DNA of 64,000 bases from Epithemia pelagica (taxonomy: Eukaryota > Protista > Bacillariophyta). Every line of letters starts with the position of its first letter. Position 1 is the stretch's first letter. This document shows positions 59,314 to 64,000 of the stretch, in pieces. The position numbers and the translations under genes were made by a program. The notes below the pieces were generated by a model. That model ran no database searches, was not told the DNA's origin, and saw only the letters and a program-made list of their open reading frames with translations. The stretch is from NCBI GenBank assembly GCA_946965045.2, contig OX337241.1, forward strand, positions 1,426,001 to 1,490,000. Direction: 5' to 3'.

Positions 59314-60921
59314 TTGGAGGGGGTCTATGTTTTTGGAATATTATTGTGGACCATGATGGTCTTGCCCCGTCGTCGTCGTCGTCGTCGTCGTCCCAGCGAG
59401 AATCGACATTCGAGGTGCACTACGACGAAGGACGTCTCTCAGAATACTACTACGAGAGAATCGAGAGTGGAACGATCGTGGGGACGGAAACAAGCGTCGT
59501 TTGGGATCGTTCCCCAACCACCACCACCAAGCCAAAGATCCATGACGACGACGACGACACCTTCGTTGGAACAACACGACAATGACAACAACCACGACAA
59601 CAATCATCATCATCATGATGACAATCATCATGCGGACAATCATCATCATCCTCCAGTCATTGTGTCTCCCTATCATGCCTTTTCCGAGTCGTCCTCCCCT
59701 GTCGTGGAGTCACACAACAGTGTCCGACGACAACAACGACGTCCCAGAAGTGCCACTGGCACTGCCGTCGCGTGGCTGGAACACGCGTGTTTTGGTGTGG
59801 GTGCCCTGTTGGGTACCGTGGCCGCCCTCGTGGACTGGCACGTGGCACGGTCCAATGTGCAAGCCTACAACCACAAAAACAACCAAACGATGGAATGGAC
59901 CGTGCCACCCGTGGTGTGGGGACCGTGGGGATGGAGTCAACTCGGGTACATTGGGTCCACCACATTCTATCTCTTGGATTCCACCCTCCACTTGTGTCTT
60001 GCTTCCGAGCCACGGCAGCAGGACGACAATGACAATGGCATGGACGACGACAACGACGAATTCCAGGACGAGGAGTCCGAGACCGACGACCCGGAGGAGG
60101 ATTCCAACATGGCCAAGTTTCTGTTTGGGTTGGCCGCCTTGTGCGATTTGATTTCGTGTCTGTTGGATTGGAGTGCCCTTATCGAACAACAAGAAGAACA
60201 AGAAGATGACAACAATGACAATGACGACCATGGATTTGTGTTTTCCTCCTCCTCAGTGCTGTTGTTATTGTCCTCCTTCTTGTCCTGGTCGGAACCACTG
60301 GGAACCGTGACCATGTATCTCGCGGCCTATCTCTTTTTTCTGAGTGCCGTCGTGACGCTGTGGACGCATCGACACCGAACGCCGTCGTCCGTGTGGTTGC
60401 TGCTGTTTCAGCCCCAGTCCTTGCTGACACGGCGAACTCCTCCTTCCTGGCTGCATGGTATTTACCACGAGGATGCTTGGTGGGGAGCCGCCGCACGACC
60501 AACCACTCCGGATTTGGCCGCCGCCATTACCACCACCACCACCACGATACCCTTGTCGTCATCGTCGTCATCGTCCTTTGGGTCCAGCAGTGCCTCGGGA
60601 TTTGCCGCCATGACGTGGTTGGGAGATGTCGTTTTTTTGGTGGCCACGCTCCTGGACATTGCCGTGGCTCATGTCGATACGTGGAATCCGGATCAAGACG
60701 ACAATGACAATACTGACGACGACTACCAGGACAATAACAACGACGACGACGACCAGTGGTTGGTGCGTCGAGACTTGGTTCTGGCACAATTGGCCGTCCT
60801 GTCGGCTCTCTTGTGGTTGGCCGATTCCCTCTTGTATGTGGGGGCCCAACTCACGTGTCGTCGTCGGCAGCAGCAGCAGCAGCAAGGCTCAACCAGCACA
60901 ACCACAACTACCACACCATGA
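59314..60921 (+). CDS. Hypothetical low-complexity multi-pass membrane protein
   Basis: 535-aa ORF with hydrophobic helices separated by D/H/T-rich runs. Confidence 0.55.
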   Translation: MEGVYVFGILLWTMMVLPRRRRRRRRPSENRHSRCTTTKDVSQNTTTRESRVERSWGRKQASFGIVPQPPPPSQRSMTTTTTPSLEQHDNDNNHDNNHHHHDDNHHADNHHHPPVIVSPYHAFSESSSPVVESHNSVRRQQRRPRSATGTAVAWLEHACFGVGALLGTVAALVDWHVARSNVQAYNHKNNQTMEWTVPPVVWGPWGWSQLGYIGSTTFYLLDSTLHLCLASEPRQQDDNDNGMDDDNDEFQDEESETDDPEEDSNMAKFLFGLAALCDLISCLLDWSALIEQQEEQEDDNNDNDDHGFVFSSSSVLLLLSSFLSWSEPLGTVTMYLAAYLFFLSAVVTLWTHRHRTPSSVWLLLFQPQSLLTRRTPPSWLHGIYHEDAWWGAAARPTTPDLAAAITTTTTTIPLSSSSSSSFGSSSASGFAAMTWLGDVVFLVATLLDIAVAHVDTWNPDQDDNDNTDDDYQDNNNDDDDQWLVRRDLVLAQLAVLSALLWLADSLLYVGAQLTCRRRQQQQQQGSTSTTTTTTP

Positions 60922-61520
60922 GAACCATTTCCATGGTGAGGAGAGGACCAGCCTGTCGCACACACACCTCTCGGATGCCAGAACCATAGTGGATCGACCG
61001 GCGCTCGGTCGAGAGGGGTTGCAATGGACGTCGTTGGGGAATGACACGGCCATGGTGGTGTGTGGACCGTGTCCTGGGTGGTGCGCGCAAGATTGTAGAC
61101 AAATGGTTTGGTGTTTGATCACACAACCCAATCTTGCAGACCCACAAGACGTGACACTGTCTCGTACGTGGCTATATCCCAACCAGAAAACGTGTACGAC
61201 AGATTCCTCCTCCTCCTCCTCCTTGTCGACTTGGAATGTGAATGGTGGAGGCAAGCCTGCGGTGCCAACGGTCCACGGCACACCCGTGGAGCCTGACGGT
61301 ATTGTCTACTAGAGAGCTCACACGTTATTCTCCTCTACTAGCTATTAGAGGCGACCTATTGGATGGGAGTACAAAAGAACAAAACAGTAGAATAGATAGA
61401 CCATTCATTAACATTAACAACAACAACAACGTCACCACAGCGACATTTGATCCATTCTTGAACATGCCGTGGGCACAAATAAATGTATGAATGAAATGGA
61501 CACCAAGTCTGGTGTGTGTT

Positions 61521-62045
61521 TTACGAATCACTCGTGGCACTTCGAGTCGTCGACGACGACGACGACGCCTTGGGGGAGGAAGGTTTGGTGGACGACGGTT
61601 TGGTTGAAGATGACTTGGATGAAGACGGCTTGGATGAAGATGGTTTGGACGATGACGGTTTGGGTGACTTGGATCGCTTCTTTGGCTTCTTCTCAATGAC
61701 AGAGGGGACGCGGTTCTTTTGGATGCGAACAAGTCGCTTCAATGCTGCAATCTTTTCTTCTTCCGTAAATGTCTTTCGGGCCAACAGACTTTGATCCAAA
61801 TAATCGGCAATATCAATAACCAATTTGCCGGTTTCCTTAAAGGCAGCACAGGCCGCCATGTAAAGAAAGTACCATGCGGTCTTTTCCTCTTCCTCCTCTT
61901 TGGCCTCCGATACAGCTCCCGTGACGGTGGACTCAATAGTCTCGAGGGTCTCCAGAGTCTGCGATGTTCGGCTTTGACCAGTATGGCGCGTTCCTCGTGA
62001 TGACGTTAAACTCGAAGTCGCCGAACCCTCCATGTCGCTTGTCAT
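61521..62045 (-). CDS. Hypothetical small protein with an SSKP-repeat tail
   Basis: 174-aa ORF. No family recognised. Confidence 0.35.
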   Translation of the reverse strand: MTSDMEGSATSSLTSSRGTRHTGQSRTSQTLETLETIESTVTGAVSEAKEEEEEKTAWYFLYMAACAAFKETGKLVIDIADYLDQSLLARKTFTEEEKIAALKRLVRIQKNRVPSVIEKKPKKRSKSPKPSSSKPSSSKPSSSKSSSTKPSSTKPSSPKASSSSSTTRSATSDS

Positions 62046-62302
62046 GGTATCGTCTCCTGGTACATCGGCTGTTTCTTAACGGGTGGACCTTGGTTGTCTC
62101 ATTTCCACCTCAATTTCTTGGTTGTGAAGGACCTCGTGGATATTGGAAGGTCGCAACACGTTGTATTGATGAGATCGTTGTCGTTGCTGTTCATGTCGTC
62201 GATACAGTTGTTCTCGCTGCTTCCGACGAGAACGAGAAGACGAGGCAATAGACGCCGGCGACGACCTGGTTTTCTCCAACACTTCAGTTTGGGAATAGAT
62301 AC

Positions 62303-62491
62303 TTTTATTCGTATCCATTGTGTTGTGAGCAATCTCACCGTTATTGGGGTGCACACGTCGTTTGCTCCGAGCAATACTACTTGATGATTCCCTCTCTTTA
62401 TTCGTATCCATTGTGTTGTGAGCAATCTCACCGTTGTTGGGGTGCACACGTCGTTTGCTCCGAGCAATACTACTTGATGATTCCCTCTCTT
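62303..62491. repeat. 93-bp tandem duplication
   Basis: ttcgtatccattgtg... at 62308 and 62401. It lies in frame within minus-strand ORF 62076-62684. Confidence 0.9.
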
Positions 62492-63252
62492 CCGCCCGTT
62501 GCTGTGCGGCCTCGAGTGTTTCGAGACGTCGGGGCGAACACGACCGAGCCCGAATCAGGGTATATTCTCGTTTCTCCTTGCGGCCTCGAGTCGGCGACAC
62601 ACTCCTGCCGACTGAGCATCTTCGAGAGGAGCGTGTCCGAACCGATGCCGCGTCATTCAACTCTTCTCTCCCCCGACGAACCACCGATTTGATGGATGCG
62701 GCCGAGGAGACAACGTGTAGTTTCTTTCGGGTTCACTGGACTCGGCCAGGGGCGACGTACTGGGCAGGACAATTGTCAAGGCTGAAGCCGTTACCGCCGA
62801 CTTGTTGTCGTCAATATCGATCGACCGGCCACGCCGGACTGCTGCCTGAGAGTTGCGATTGCGCCCATTCTTTCGAGAGGAACCCCGTGTATGTGTGGTT
62901 CGTTGACTGGCAATGCTTTTGCTCGACGAGTGTTTGACTCCCGGACCCGATGATACCGATCCTTCCTCGTCGTAGGTCGTTTTGTTGTGTCTATGTTTTA
63001 ACCACATGATACTCCACCTTGTGTCCTTTTGGAATGACAGCGTCACCAACCAACGGCAATATAACTTTAAAACACGTGGTCAACAGTGTCCAGCAAGAAG
63101 AGAATGAAGGAACAATTCAACAAACTGACATGAGTGATAACGAATCGATTAACGCGAACAGTCGAGTGCCTCTTGTCATTCACCGTCCAGCGATGATTCT
63201 GAAATCAACTCTCTTTCTTCAATCGTTATCTCAGGAACCTTTGACTTGAAAG

Positions 63253-64000
63253 CAATAATAATAATAACTCATGGATTAGTTTAATAACTGCCAAAGGCTT
63301 TAACGTCGCTTGCTACCCAAAGGGAGCCGTAGCCCGCCCGGACAAGTCGACCAAACAAAAGAAAAAACACATGCAATAGAATCGTAAAAACATAAAAAGG
63401 GAAAGGAACTCCAGGGGCAGCCAAAAAACAATATCTTACTCATGGCTGCCACCGGAGCGGTAGAAGAAGGTCCGGAGACACCGTTGTTGTCGGCGCAGAG
63501 CGCGCGAAGCAGCCGAGGCAACGGGTGTAGAAAGCCGGCGAAGAAACGCCAGCTGGATGTGTTGGGGATCCTGGAGACGGGAGTCCAAAGGACGTCGGAA
63601 CAACAACCGATAAGCAGGGGAGGAACGTAGCGGCCCCGAGTACGCGTCCCGAATGGCGGCGCAGCGTTCCTCGGAGAGGCGCTGGGCCTCCTGGGAGTGG
63701 AAGACGGCGTTCCTATGCTCCCATTGATCCCACGCTGTATTCCACAATTGTTGAATAAGGAGGGACAACCAGCGCTTGCCTGAATTTCGCTTGCCTAAGA
63801 AGCGGTAGTGTGCTTCTTGGATTTCGGCCCAACGCCAGGACCAGTGGCCTAAAACTGCCGTGTTCCAACCCAACTCCTCCTGATCTGCTAGTGCGGCGCG
63901 GAGACCGGGGACCGATGTAAAAGGAGCCTCCCAAGAGACGTCGTCGACCCACGCCCGAAGTGCCTGAAGAATCATACGAGCCATCGCGGGTTGTGTATGC
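63253..64000 (-). mobile_element. 3' end of a non-LTR retrotransposon (LINE-like), continuing beyond the window
   Basis: C-terminal QEELGW...W...Q...GKRW...LWNTAWDQWEHRNAVFH pattern, as seen at the end of diatom LINE-like ORFs. A short 3' UTR ends in a (TTA)n tract near 63253-63268. Confidence 0.65.

Noticed and set aside
57400-62100. Many short overlapping antisense ORFs
   Set aside because: They are shadows of low-complexity, GC-rich coding sequence on the opposite strand.
1-64000. tRNA or rRNA genes
   Set aside because: None were recognisable by eye; a tRNAscan/Infernal run would be needed to exclude them.

Overview
This is eukaryotic DNA. The short GT-AG introns, CoDi-type Ty1/copia elements and gene style point to a diatom (inference). 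Bases 1 to ~47.6 kb are a nest of mobile elements; ~47.6-61 kb is an ordinary gene-dense block (PI4-kinase, alpha/beta hydrolase, TspO-like membrane protein, HVA22/DP1-like protein, Maf); the window ends in the 3' end of a non-LTR retrotransposon. The main observation is a 14,612-bp element at 18429-33040. It is bounded by 9-bp terminal inverted repeats (CGTCTAAGG...CCTTAGACG) and a 2-bp AG target duplication, and it splits another transposase gene in frame. It carries a decayed Plavaka/CACTA-like transposase, a TET/JBP-like HxD...H dioxygenase, a RING/NZF/Ulp1-like protein, an accessory gene, tandem arrays near both ends and CpG-rich subterminal motifs. This resembles the transposon-plus-TET/JBP arrangement known from fungi, here in an apparent diatom. 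Also present are two divergent copies of a poorly classified DDE-like transposase (probably DUF6729-related), three copia-type elements (one nested), twin TA-flanked MITEs and a decayed kinase. All family assignments come from motif recognition by eye and need HMM confirmation.
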